This document shows, piece after piece, positions 25,163 to 37,665 of a stretch of 64,000 nt of DNA. Under the pieces are notes generated by a model. It was not told the DNA's origin and searched no databases. It saw only the letters and a list, made by a program, of their open reading frames with translations. Location: NCBI GenBank assembly GCA_965644295.1, contig CBFFRP010000354.1, positions 124,001 through 188,000 of the forward strand, written 5' to 3'. The first letter of the stretch is position 1, and every line of letters starts with the position of its first letter. The translations under genes and the position numbers were made by a program. This DNA comes from Paraphysomonas bandaiensis. Its lineage: Eukaryota; Protista; Chrysophyceae.

Positions 25163-27220
25163 CAGGCTTGCGTAACAATTAATTGGTTTTCAATTTATTG
25201 GCATGCCTGGATAGGAGTGGATTATGCCTGGATAGGAATGCTTTTGTCTCATTTAGATCTATCTGTAAATCTGTAAACTTTAGTAATCTGATGAAGATGA
25301 ACAGCTTGATCTAGATGATGTCCGGGTACAATTTCATGATTTAATTCGTCAGTACCCTGGATGAATTTTCACCTGGGTGCAGACGCGGACATTGCTCAGA
25401 ATACAGATTGAGAGAGAGCAGTAGTCAAAATTCAGCGTGGTAGGGAAGAAGAACTGAACCGCGCTGAAAAAGCACAGGTGCGACGTTTTTTGATAAATTA
25501 TGTACATGCACACGAAGGTGAACTTGATTTCCAAGATCTCTGCGACCTAAGGACACTTGAGAACTACACTTCAACCAGAGATCAACGCTACGGACACAAT
25601 CCTGATCGAGCGCCTGGCTACTGGACCAATAGCGGAGTACACCTCCCGCGCAAACTAGCTCAAGCGGATGGCAGTGCATCCAAAGACAAACTCAGCTCAA
25701 ATCTACGCCAAAGAATTCTCAACACGGCACTGACATGGGACAAATCTTTCTGCATAGGGAGGAACCGGGCCAAAACCAAACAGGGGCTTGACCTGACCAA
25801 AGCCGCATGCTCTGACTGCGGGTTTCGGCTAGATTCCCTAAAACATATGTGCCTCGACTGCACACATGAATCCATCACCCAAATAAGGGAAACTGCATTT
25901 CAATCGCATAAAAATGTGCTACACGAAATACAGAGAACTCAGACCTTACCCAACTGGATCACATCTGCACTGCGGAGACTCTCCAGCAGAGCCTGGAATC
26001 CCTCCATCCCACAGGTCGAGAGATACTGGACTGGAACCATCACAGCAGCCCAACTGGAAACGGTCTTCGGAGATGACATACACAACCACCTGACGGCTCA
26101 CAGTCTACGGAACCTAGAAACAGTGGTTATTAATCTCCTGCAACCGCTTTACACTGCAGCGAAGCTTATGTTACAGGATCGCGGTTGTCGCTATATCACC
26201 ATGTCCAAAAGGCCGCCCAGGCTACTCCCGAGACCCCGTCCGAAACGCAGTCAGTCAAGACAACGTCCGAGAGTCCTTCGACTACTAGGGGTCCAACGAA
26301 GACCCCCCACAGCGTATCCGACTCCAGACACACGTGCACACCTCACAGGTCCTACCCGACAGAGCACTGGACTGCCCAGACCTCCACAACGCCGACGGCT
26401 TCGACAACTCTATCTACACCCGCAGCCCCACAGGAGCACAGTAACACAGACTACAAACCCAACTCCTCCTCCCAACAATCCCCACCACTCTCAACCCACA
26501 CATCTGGAACTAGGTGCACTCAGGACCCTAATTCAGAATGCTGAGCCCCCTCCAAAACCACTGGAGACCCATCCCAAAGGGAGACCCCCAGATCAAAAGC
26601 GCCGGTGATTCCACGGACACACGATAAAGGCGAATTTCATATCACACAAAAAGAACGGAAGTGGTTGCACCTTGGTGCTTGCGGCGACGCACAAGCAGCT
26701 TTCGTAGCGTTAAATAGTAGGATAAAAGAGTTTGTATTGATTAGTTACGGGTAGTGGTCTAACTAGTATGACTAGCATTCTTCTAGCCACTAATTGATGC
26801 AAGGTCTCAACGCCTATTGCTAAATAATCAGACATTCTCTACACGAAGGTGAACTTGATGAAGAGAAAGATGGGGAGGAGGAAGACGAGGCCATTCGTTT
26901 ACTTGTTAAAGACAACCGAAAGCGCAAAAAAGTACGCATCAAACTGCTAACACAATATCGTTCCATGAAGCATTTGTATAGCACTTCCAATGTTTGTGAG
27001 AGGTTGTTTAGCAGAGCTAAGATTGTTATGAATGACACCTAGACACCTTGAAAAGTTGATGTTTCTGCGTGCAAATCAGCATCTTTGGGATGAGATTATA
27101 GTTCAGAAGGTTATTCTAAAATCTAGCAATATAATTAAAGGCAATAAATTGGATGCTTGATTAATAATTGCACTTATTATTGTTGGACATCTGTCACCAA
27201 TTGATTGTTACGCAAGCCTG
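25163..27220 (+). mobile_element. Non-autonomous hAT DNA transposon with transposase remnant, interrupted by a LINE
   Basis: TIR caggcttgcgtaacaat(t/c)aattggt at both ends. 8-bp TSD ATAGTGAA at 25155-25162 and 27221-27228. Remnant peptides AVVKIQRG..AEKAQVRRF and STSNVCERLFSRAK..LEKLMFLRAN..LWD (hAT C-terminal dimerisation region). Confidence 0.92.
25529..26840 (+). mobile_element. 5'-truncated non-LTR retrotransposon (ORF2 C-terminus + structured 3' UTR)
   Basis: Perfect 19-bp TSD ACACGAAGGTGAACTTGAT at 25510-25528 and 26841-26859. Open frame with the CCHC knuckle CSDC...DSLKHMCLDC ending KGRPPDQKRR* at 26608. No poly(A) tail. Confidence 0.9.
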
Positions 27221-27538
27221 ATAGTGAACTAGCTTAGAAATCTAGCCGGTTGACAAGTCAAAGTTTCTGTTCTTTAACCCTACTTTCCACAACAAAACAT
27301 ATTCTATTGTATTTGGTGAGCCCTGTGTTATCAGAAGGTACCTACACGCTTCGTAAATAGTGGGTCCAGACACCAGCCTTTACAAAAAAAGTGCGCTTGT
27401 TAAAGTGGATCACAATGGCACAGTTTCAATATGAAATTAGAAATTCATTTTTCAGACATTTCGTTTCATTAAATTCATCCGTCCAATAAAGATTACTTAA
27501 GAACTTAAGAATCTACTGCTACCTCAACCTATATATGA

Positions 27539-28117
27539 TTAGTCTTTCTCGTCTAATTTGTACTTTTCCCTGTTTTCTGAAGTTAGCAAGCACATCATAA
27601 TATGTAAAAATACTCACTTTAGGTCGTCCAGCTCCTTCTTTTTCTTCTGAGTATCCACCCGCTGTTGCATACGTGTGGCTTGATAATATAAAACTATTAA
27701 GTAGCGTCCGCACACATTGAATCCAGATAAATGATCCACAGCGTTCTTTGCGTCATATATGTCTTCATACACTACAAATGCAGTTCCTTTAGTATCTGGC
27801 TTATCACCCCTAAGAAACACTAAATAAAATCGGAATACAATCTATAGTTAACCATACAATCTTATCTGTCGAATTGGTCCATATTTTCCAAATATATCAT
27901 ACATTTCTTCCGCCGTAACTTTAAAGGGTAAGTTTCTCACATATAACACCTGTAATAAAGTATTATAAATGAAAATATTGAGGAGTTTAATGAACATACT
28001 CGATTTACTTCAGGAGGAAGTCTTGCCTGTTGTATACAGAGGTTATATAGGTTATAGATGGTCAGATAGGTTGTCCCTTACATTGCCGCGTCTTCCTTGA
28101 GTTGCCATAGACGCCAT
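27539..28117 (-). CDS. SF3B6: Splicing factor SF3b 14-kDa subunit (p14)
   Basis: [18 protein letters not shown]...[13 protein letters not shown]...[27 protein letters not shown] across short introns. Confidence 0.95.
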
Positions 28118-28230
28118 ACTTACACAATAAGTAATTGAGAGTCAAATATTATAGTAGTAATCTGTTTGTTTTTTTCTCGACGAAATAACTCTACTGAAGT
28201 TGCTATACAATAATCAACTATTAATATACT

Positions 28231-28336
28231 TGTATGTATGTATGTATGTATGTATGTATGTATGTATGTATGTATGTATGTATGTATGTATGTATGTATG
28301 TATGTATGTATGTATGTATGTATGTATGTATGTATG

Positions 28337-28365
<29 letters not shown>
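28231..28365. repeat. Perfect (TATG)n microsatellite, ~33 units
   Basis: Directly visible. Confidence 0.98.
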
Positions 28366-28367
<2 letters not shown>

Positions 28368-28742
28368 GTATACTCGAGGTGTAACACATACATATATAAA
28401 CATACATACATATCTATGTCATATACACATATACACTCTACACATACACTCTGTACTCGTACTTCACTCTGCTGTGGACTTCACACTGCAGTGTATGCAA
28501 CACAAAAAATATCACACACATACATATGTATGTGTACCGTATACAACATCCCACATCCCAACCAATCAGCCAGACTACAGTCCCTGTATTTCATCTTCCT
28601 ACTCCATTCCTGTCCATGCTATTGAGTGTTGCATATGCAAGAAGGATGCTATGGACCTCCACTCCCCTTAACAGACATCACCAACCTTTCTGTTCATAGG
28701 ATCAAGTATCAGTATATTTCATATTGATTATTACACTTAAAT

Positions 28743-30307
28743 ATGAGTGAATTTGAAGAGAATGCGGAATGTGAAATGACATTAGAGGAAATGAATGCAG
28801 AAGTATTAGAATGTGCAAGATTTGGTGAAGCAGAAGATTTAGACACATTACTTTCAGCTGGAGCTGATGTAAATTTCCAAGATAGCACAGGAAATACAGC
28901 CCTGCATAAAGGTAAAGGATCTATATGATGGTGTTGGTGTTTGTTAACTAGTATCTGTAGCCTCTGCTAATGGTGAATTAGAGTGCATTAAAGTTTTGAA
29001 AAAGTTTGAAGCAGAGTACAAACCTAATTCAAATGGGAATTATCCACTCCGTGCGTGTTTTATATTTTTTAATTGTTTGAACTGATATGTCTCTTCACCA
29101 GACTGGGCCGTTCAGAATCGAAAGCTCGATACTGTTAAGTATCTTTTGGAATCTTTTGATGTTGATGTTCTCAGCAAGAATGTGTATGGACGATCTGCTC
29201 TTACAGATGCCTTTGAAAGTGGTGATACTGATATCATCGCGGCATGTCTTTCTCATTCTAGCTCTACCGAAGAGAAGTTGTTGTCTACGGACGACCCCAC
29301 CCCTGACACCACAGAGTCAGTTGAATCGAAGACTGCAACTGGAGAAGACAAGAATGCGGTTAATCACACGTTTAGCTTTGGTGATAACGAAATCGAGGAG
29401 CCAGATTGTGACTCAGCGATTCTCGTCAAAATTAGAGAACTCCCCATCACAAGGGCAGATAACCCTTTCGGCAACGAAGAGTCCCCTGCAGACGACACAA
29501 CTGGCAAGTCCATGATAATTGATTTGGTTTTATAATGATTATATTCACCAACAGGATTGGGTGTGTGGCCAGCATCTTTATTACTTGCACGATATGTTGT
29601 TAAAATGAAAGATCTCTTCCGTGATAAAGTTGTAGTCGAGCTTGGGTGTGGATGCGGCGTTCCAGGAATAACTGCAGGCAAGTAAATGACATATCCACTA
29701 ATATTGTAACTGGCACCGTAGCACTATATTGTAGTCCTAAAAAGGTATACCTCACGGATATTCATGAGCCGACTTTGAAAAATTTAGAGCACAATATTTC
29801 TATAAACTCCCTTAGTGCCTCAGACTCTGTTCCCTCTGTGGTTGGTATGAATGTTAATTGGGGTGATCAATCCACATATCCCTCAGAAAAAGCTGATGTT
29901 TTAATTGGATCGGACCTCGTCTATGATAGTGCTATACTACGCATGCTTGTTCCTGCAATTTCAGGCATGATGACTGAAGGTATTGTGTACCGCATGATCT
30001 TGGTTTTGCTGCTCTCATGTTGTCCACAGGCGGTTCCTTCTTATATGTGGCCCCTGACAATGCGAGAGCAGGAATGAGTGACCTAGTATCGTCTCTATCT
30101 GAGTATAAAATTCATTGCATTGACTGCCAGCCTTGTCCCGAAGAGTAAGTCTGCTACCAAATTTAAACTGCGTTTAATTTGTTTATGTTTTGCAGTATGT
30201 TTAAGAATCCACTCCATTCGCGTGATAGCGATATGTTTGTATTGCATTTTTATGATCTCTCCGCTGGTAATCCTCACTCACTGTTCTATTTTGTTAAAAC
30301 TGAGTAA
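28743..30307 (+). CDS. Ankyrin-repeat (Yar1-like) protein fused to a METTL21/Methyltransf_16-type seven-beta-strand methyltransferase
   Basis: LECARFGE, NTALHKASANG, GNYPLHWA ankyrins. DTTGLGVWPASLLLA, VVELGCGCG, LTD and DVLIGSDLVYD methyltransferase motifs. Confidence 0.85.
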
Positions 30308-31350
30308 GTATTTATCTATGGTTACTAATCGAAAGAAGTTGTTGTGAGTTTGTAGTATCTTTGAAGCCAAGCAAGGTAGATTATTATTGTACTTTTATGA
30401 TAGTGCTGTAGTGTCTATGAAGGACAATGTGGGACAGTGGCATACGCACAGCCGATAATGCAGTATGTCTATGTCACTGTGAAACTGAAGTATTGTGAGG
30501 ATTCAAAATACAGAAGTGAATCAGAGGATGTTTTACAATGTGCTTTAACATGAGAATGGTTAAAACTAGGATAACTGAATGTTGAATTCACTCAACAGTC
30601 AAAGAGTAAGATTATAGTTATCGACATTTTTCATCATTCATTTTCATCCACTAAATTTATATTCTCGCTACTATTATTACTCAACAAGAATATTATCACA
30701 CATCTCAGATAGACATGATAAAATAAAGAATAAAGTAATAAAACCACTCTGTATTATGTATTAGTTGTCTAAACGTCTAAACTATCTCTTAGAACAATAT
30801 CATTAAGCTTCATATCTTCGTATAATTCTGTCTCTGACCACTGTTTCATCTAACAAGTAATGGTTATAATTCAGAAACTTAAAATATAGTTTGTAATTGA
30901 TCAAATAGCAATATTCAATATGTGTAGTAAATAGTAAACAACTTCTCTTGCCAACATACTAAAATATCTAGGCTAAAAGGCTGGAAAGCATTGTAACCTT
31001 TGGTAGACGCTAATGCTCGTCATGACTAATTACATCAACAGCTACAATGGAGACTCATCGTTGAATTGATATAACACACGTGGTCTATTCCTATTAGTAC
31101 ACTCACGACATCAGTAGAACCACATGTGCATTATGAAAATGTTTCGTCCTACTGAACCTCCACTATACAACCAGTTAAGCGTCTACATATGTATAGTATA
31201 GTAATGAAAACTCATTATTATAGACCAAATACCAAATTAAAATGTCACGACGGCTGTAGTAGTAATTAATTCCTTCCTTCCATAAATTACTGATTCTTTA
31301 GTAGCCAGGTAAGTGGCAAATCTATCGATGTCTCGATAGTATTTTAGTCG

Positions 31351-32393
31351 TCAGAGTGACGAGCAGAAGAGAGTTGAATCTATCAAAAATTTATATATGA
31401 AATGACGCTATAAGGTACTCATACCTATACCTGATCGTTATCTGCCTCTTCATCATTATCTTGACGAACGAATTCGCCGTTCTTAGGGCCTCCCTTTCTG
31501 AATGTTGAAAATGGCAAAGTGAAACATTGTCTTCAACATATACAGTTTGACCTACCTGGCAACGTCAGAAAGGAAAATTGCTTCGTCCATGTCTCCGGCG
31601 CCATCTCTCTTGTGAGGCTTCAGAGATCCATACTCTGCAGATACTATATCACACACGTACTTTCTACCAACAGAGACTCACCGTATATGACTGCAGTTAA
31701 GGCGGCACCTATCATAGGACCAAACCAGAACATGTACTGCTGGTGCTGGTAGGTCCCATTTATGTTGGTCATGGCTGCCACCAGAGAAGGTCCAAATGAC
31801 CGCGTTGGGTTGATTGAGCAACCATCAATAGGCAGAAGGAAGAGGTGGGCTACGGTTACAGCCATAGCGATTGGGAACACGCCCAGAGGACCTCCACCTT
31901 TGACGGGAATGTCAATAGTTGAGAAAACTGTGAAGACTAATAGCGAAGTGCCAAACAGCTCTGCGAGAAAAACATCACCACCAGAGAACACATCTTCATC
32001 CCACGAGTTGGAGCCGAAAGCTCTTGCACCCCCCTGCCAATGTGTACCAAATATCGCCCATAGAAACAATGCACCGAAGACAGATCCCAACATCTGACAT
32101 AGTGTGTAGCACACACAACGAATAAATGACACTCTCCCGGCAATAAACAGAGCAAAACTAACGGCACAGTTGATATGACCACCAGACAAAGGGCCCACAA
32201 ATTGTGCAATAACCAAAATTCCAAACCCGAATGAAGATGCTACTTGCATTAAATTAGGATCATCATCATGTAAAGTGACCATAGCACATCCGCAACACAT
32301 AAGAACAAAGAAAAACATTGCAATGAATTCCGCTAAACATGCTCTGTAAAACTTATTGTTGATAGGTTCCCACATATGAATTGCAATCGTCAT
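31351..32393 (-). CDS. Aquaporin (MIP family); both ends approximate
   Basis: AEFIAM, SGGHINCAVS, AELFGT, GCSINPTRSFGP, FWFGP; six hydrophobic helices. Confidence 0.92.
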
Positions 32394-32912
32394 ATTTTCC
32401 TTACCTGTTTGCTAATATAATCTAGTGATGAGATGATTATGGAATAGCAAATTAATGATAGATGATGTGAGTATGAATATGATACACCTCAACTCCGACA
32501 TGTTAGATGCATATGGGAATTAGCTCAACCAACACAAGGGCTGAAAATCATCTGTTTTCACATACGTAGTGCAGAAGATGTGAAGATCTTTCGTTTTTTT
32601 GACAACCAAGTCGTATGTACAGTACTGTAGTTCAAAGTACACACTCTGTACGAGTATACTCTCTTGCAATATAATACATAGTGTACAGCGGTAATAATAT
32701 ATATACAGTTTGTACGTATATTAAATATAGGAACCGCGTTATATCGCGAGTGCACTGTATACAGCAGTATCTGCCGTATCTGCCTGTAACACTGTAACTG
32801 TTAAGATGATGCATGCATTTCAAAAGCACTTTACTTAAGTGCATTCTATGTATAGTTTTGAAGTACATGAGATAGTATGATAAGATAATGAATTAATAAA
32901 ATCTACAATAAA

Positions 32913-35893
32913 ATGCCTACAACAGATGAAGATGGTCTTGTGGATTCCACTTCTATAGAAGAAAAGAAACTGAAAAGACTACGAGAAAGAAAATTAGAAA
33001 TCGAAGTTACTGTACAGGCGATTGAGCAAAATTTAAAGAGAAATGGATATATGTTCGATGATCATAAGCATATTTCCCCAGTACCTCAACCAGGAATTCG
33101 AATAAATAATAAACTCAGCTTTCGAGGTAAACAAAAGTGCAGTGAACTATATCGACGCTTAGATGAGGACGATGATGGTACTTTATGTTTTGACGACTTC
33201 AGAGCAATGAGATCTCTGAGCTCCCCGTATGGCCTGGTAGAGGATTCAGATCTGTCCCATTGGTAGTTTTTGCTTTTTTCGTGGTATGTGCGTATATGAC
33301 ATACACTGCAGGGAATCGTGGCAAATGGCAATGGCGGATTCTGGTATTAAATTAACTGATACTTTTGTTGACGAAAGCGAATTTATTCGATACCGGGCGC
33401 TAGTGGAGCCAAAGATTTCCCTTGCACATGACCTTGAAAAGTCTGGTTTGGGCTTTTTACCGGAGACACAGATGCAATGGTCTACTGTGAAGCGACGTAT
33501 CCAGGAGTGCCTCAAAGTGCGACCGCCTGACTATGACATGGAGAGGGATCCAGGTATTTCCCCAGTATATAGCCCTGTCTATTAAGTATAACGAACTTTA
33601 CGCATTAGCCAAGATGAATCTGAGTGAGGTGTCTTTCATACTCTGTACTTCAGACCTACCGTTTTCCAAGTATGAGGTGTGTTTGTATCCGTGCTATAAT
33701 TGGGAGATGTAAGTACTTCATTGTAGTTCAAGTCGGCTATGTGCTTTGTGTGTCGGTTCGAGGATGTAATGTGTCACTTGTTATCTAAATCTCTTCGCCG
33801 AGACCTTCATATGGAGCTTCCCGAAAATGTGGCTGGGGAGACTGGGGGCTTTAGGGGTGGCACGCTAATGCGACCAACCTTCACTATGTCGAGGGAGGCT
33901 GTCTCATACATTAAGCCTTCGGTTCTCACTGCGTGGATTTTCTCTAATAGAGTTGGACCTAATGAAACGGTAAGTGAGTGTAATGCTGGTATGTCTTGAG
34001 ATCACGGCCTTTTTCTCTAGCCCTTGTACAAGTGGCTTCTCAAGAGCAAGTACACCGTGTGGAGAGCAATTCGGCGATGCTATGCCCTTTCCAGTTATCT
34101 CTGGGATATCGGCATGCACTTGCGAGAGAGGCTAATTTTTAAGCAGCAAGGAATCAAACCTCCGGAGAAGGTGGATACACGGGAGAAAACGTCCTTCCGG
34201 CTGGCAATGGAGATGGGGAAACCTCCTCCAGGTGGTGGAGAGGATGGAACTAATATATATTGGAAACTTAGCAAAGTAGACAATCCTATTGACTTTCTTA
34301 CTAAGTTGCATCTACCCAAGGACATCGGATCCGGCATTATCATAGATCTTTTGCGAAATGTTGACGTAGAGGAGGAGGAGATAATAAAGGCGTGTGCAAT
34401 GCTCAAACACGAGATTATGGAGCACTTCGGTGAGGAACTTGAGAGTAGCCAACACTTCAGGGGTATATTCATATTCCCCACTGTGAACGATACGGATAAC
34501 ACGCCAGTAGTGCGTATATGTTTTGCGCTGAAGCGCGCCATATCAATCGACAACTTTATGAAGATGATCGGCATTCCCTACACTATAGACGACATTGTGA
34601 ATCATTTCTACGGTGAAATCTCACTCAACACGCATATCCTGGACATCATAGACAGCTGTAATTCATCGTTCGATACTTATATGTATGCCACGGTACGAAG
34701 TGTATTGCCTCAGTATTATCCTTTGCAGTACGTTTACTATTCCATCAGGGCAACGTATTTATCGAGTATTATAGCGAAATGGTTGTCACTTTAGTCGAGG
34801 TTGTTGTTCCTATTTACATCTTCGGTTTAGTAACGGACATTACGTTTCTTTAGGCCGTTCGTGTTGCTTTTGCTGCTGGACCTTCGTTTGAGACTGTTTT
34901 CAACGCACGCTCAGCGAAGGGCAAGGATCCAGATCCGTGGGCCCATCTGAGACCTGAGTTCCCCAAGGTGTAATGATTTGTGTGCTATTGTAACACACAC
35001 TCATTATTTCGCTTCTAGATTACTAAACTCTGTGACGAAATACTACTAAATTTGAGGCGAACGAAGGTAGCTTCGTCATTCACTTCAAAACTTTATCGTT
35101 TTACGTTTCGGTGTGTGACAGTCTTGTTCGTGGTCGCTAAGCTATAGCAAAGCTTCTGAATTTGTGGAGCGGGTGGCTTCGCTGAACCCGTGGGTGAAAA
35201 AAAAGTTCCCTTTAAAAGTATTTATACTATGAAGTAAATATACCGGGGTGATAATGTGTTGCAACAGATGTTTACGAAAGCAGGAGCTATTCCTCCTGCA
35301 CATTTCGCCGCATGTAAGAAATTATCCAAACAGATCAAGGTTTTACATGGGAGAATGAAGGAGTTCCTTGTGGTAGGAATTTATTTTTTTATTCTAGCGA
35401 TGTAGTAGTGACGTTACTGTTGATGTAGGGGAAACAAGACGCCAGGGAAGCTGATAGGGCAAGAAAGGCATCTCTGTCTGAGAAAAGCCGGAAAGCTGAG
35501 GCCTTTCAGAAAACGAAGGCGGATATGCTGAACAGACTTGCACGAATAGGTGTAGAGGCTAGCGATAAGGATGTGTTTGATGATGTCACAAAGACTCCTG
35601 AACAATACGCAGAAGATGTCAAAGAGATTCAGATGGAAAATGACATACGAGCCTACGAAACCCTGGAACGATTTAAGGCTTTGACCCGTGGTTTTCACAG
35701 CTGTGAGATACTTTTGGGAAAATCTCGCCTCTCGGTGTCCTGCGCAGGGATGGATGTTTTCGACTTGCTTCCAAACCCACCGTCCATATCGCAGGTTAAG
35801 GTAGAGTGTGCAGAAAGAGAGAGGATCAGCGTGCGACAGGCTGAGCTTGACTTAAGTGAGTTCACAGTGTCCAGTGAAGAAATTGCGCTCTAG
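32913..35893 (+). CDS. Multi-exon hypothetical protein with N-terminal EF-hand and coiled-coil
   Basis: LYRRLDEDDDGTLCFDDF EF-hand loop. A chain of co-oriented ORFs linked by GT-AG introns. Confidence 0.6.
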
Positions 35894-36701
35894 ATATCTA
35901 ATAGTGTTCGATAGTACATTGTGTGAGATGTAGTTGTAAACACTACGATTTCCTTACACTTATCGTTGTATTTGTAAATGCTGCATATACTTAGTAGTTA
36001 AAGGTAAACACGTATCTCTGATCAGTTGTGTTGTCTGATATCTTAAGACCAAATAATGTACTGGAGTTATACATTAAGTTGAAGGGGTCTTTATCTCGTC
36101 CTTCGTTTTCGAATAGCAGAAATGATTAAGTGTTGGTTTGTTTTCATCTCGCTAAAAACTGTTATATTTTGTTAAGATATTATCTTGCGAACTGGATTAA
36201 ATTATTAGCTACTCATTCGTAATCAGTAAAAGCTAGCACTTTCAATTTGAAAGTTTCAAATTTTATTCATGCTAAATTACTATTAGTGAATTTGATGGAA
36301 GTACTGACACTACATATTATTATATACGAATTATTAATGGCAATATATATTATATATTGTATAGGCCTCCTAAGATATTCATTGATGGACCTACCATCAC
36401 AACTCACAACATAATGCTTCCTTGCACTGATTCCACCAACGACGGTGTCACTTCATTTAGTCTACTGAATGATTTAAATCTAAACTTACAATGAGGAGGG
36501 CAAAACGTCAGGTAGCATTTCGGCAAGTCTACTTATGCGACCATGATCGTGAACCTATACTTGACGGAAAAAACACGGAACAGGATGCTACAAGTAACAT
36601 TTCAGATTGCTTATTAACGCTAGCAAAAAATTATTCTGTTGCGCGCCATATTTTCTACATCGCCAAAACCCAGAGTAGACAATATTTTGTCAAACTAAAA
36701 A

Positions 36702-37665
36702 TTAAGTGGATTCAGAAAAGAGTCCTTTGCGCACTGAAGGCATGACATCGTGGTAAGCAATCTCCAGTCGCCTAAATCCATACTGTTAGTTGAATAGCGA
36801 GATCAAAAGCATATGCTCTTACTCATCGAGAGTCTGGTTTAGTACAATGCGGTTATCGCAGGCAGTGAGGATGACTCCTCCGGAGCTGAAATAGGAGGTA
36901 AGCCAGTTTTAAAAATACTTCCATGCACATACCAGGATTTGCTGGGAAGAGGGGTCTCACTGACAGTCACCTGGGGCTTGACCTGGTGACCAGCAGCAGT
37001 CATAATAGTCTTGAATTCCTTAGTAGCTTCGGTGAGCTAAATACACATTAGGGCATGAGCTACTTCAGGAACAGAGATAACGGTACGGTTCATACCACTC
37101 CGCGGATAAGGGCACGGTCCTCTGCTCTGCAGCTGATTTGCACAACGGGTTCCTCGATTTTAATGAGGCCCTGAATAATCAGCTGCTTAAGAAGCTGTGT
37201 GTACTGAGGGGTTTGTGTAATCTGGGCCAGCTTCGCAGTACTCTCACGTTTAAGAGTCTGGGAGAGACGGTGAGAACATGCACAAAATGATGCTACAAAT
37301 TACATCTAAGAGCTCGTCTCTAGCCTTCATTTTCTTTACTCGGGCATTGCCAATGGCGGCAGATCTCTCCCTGTTATCTTCAGAATTATTTCAATCCAAA
37401 ACAAAACCATACGACTTACACTCTCTGCTGAATCTCGAGGTCCTTCTCCTTCTGTGCGAACTCTTCCTGAATCTTAATTTTTCCATTGTGAACAAGCATC
37501 TGCTTTTCAAGATTGAAATCATGTTCAGTCTATTGAAAAGTTATGAGAACACATTACGAAGAGAAAATATCAACATACCTTGATACGGATTTCGTTCACT
37601 TTCTCATGCGCTTCCTGCATGATGAAGTTAACCATCTGCTTAATCTGGCGGCTAGTATCTGTCAT
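36702..37665 (-). CDS. ATP6V1E: V-type ATPase V1 subunit E
   Basis: QIKQMVNFIMQEAHEKVNEIRIK, HDFNLEKQ, LIIQGL, SGGVIL...RIVLNQTLDERL across several introns. Confidence 0.95.

Noticed and set aside
25478-26608. 376-aa ORF as a host gene or a Fanzor/TnpB with an omega-RNA
   Set aside because: No RuvC motifs. It is a hAT/LINE chimera with an RT-associated CCHC knuckle and a TPRT-style 19-bp TSD.
28120-28671. ORFs with YIHT/MYVC repeats (also 43762-44154 and 4490-4809)
   Set aside because: These are stop-free translations of microsatellites.
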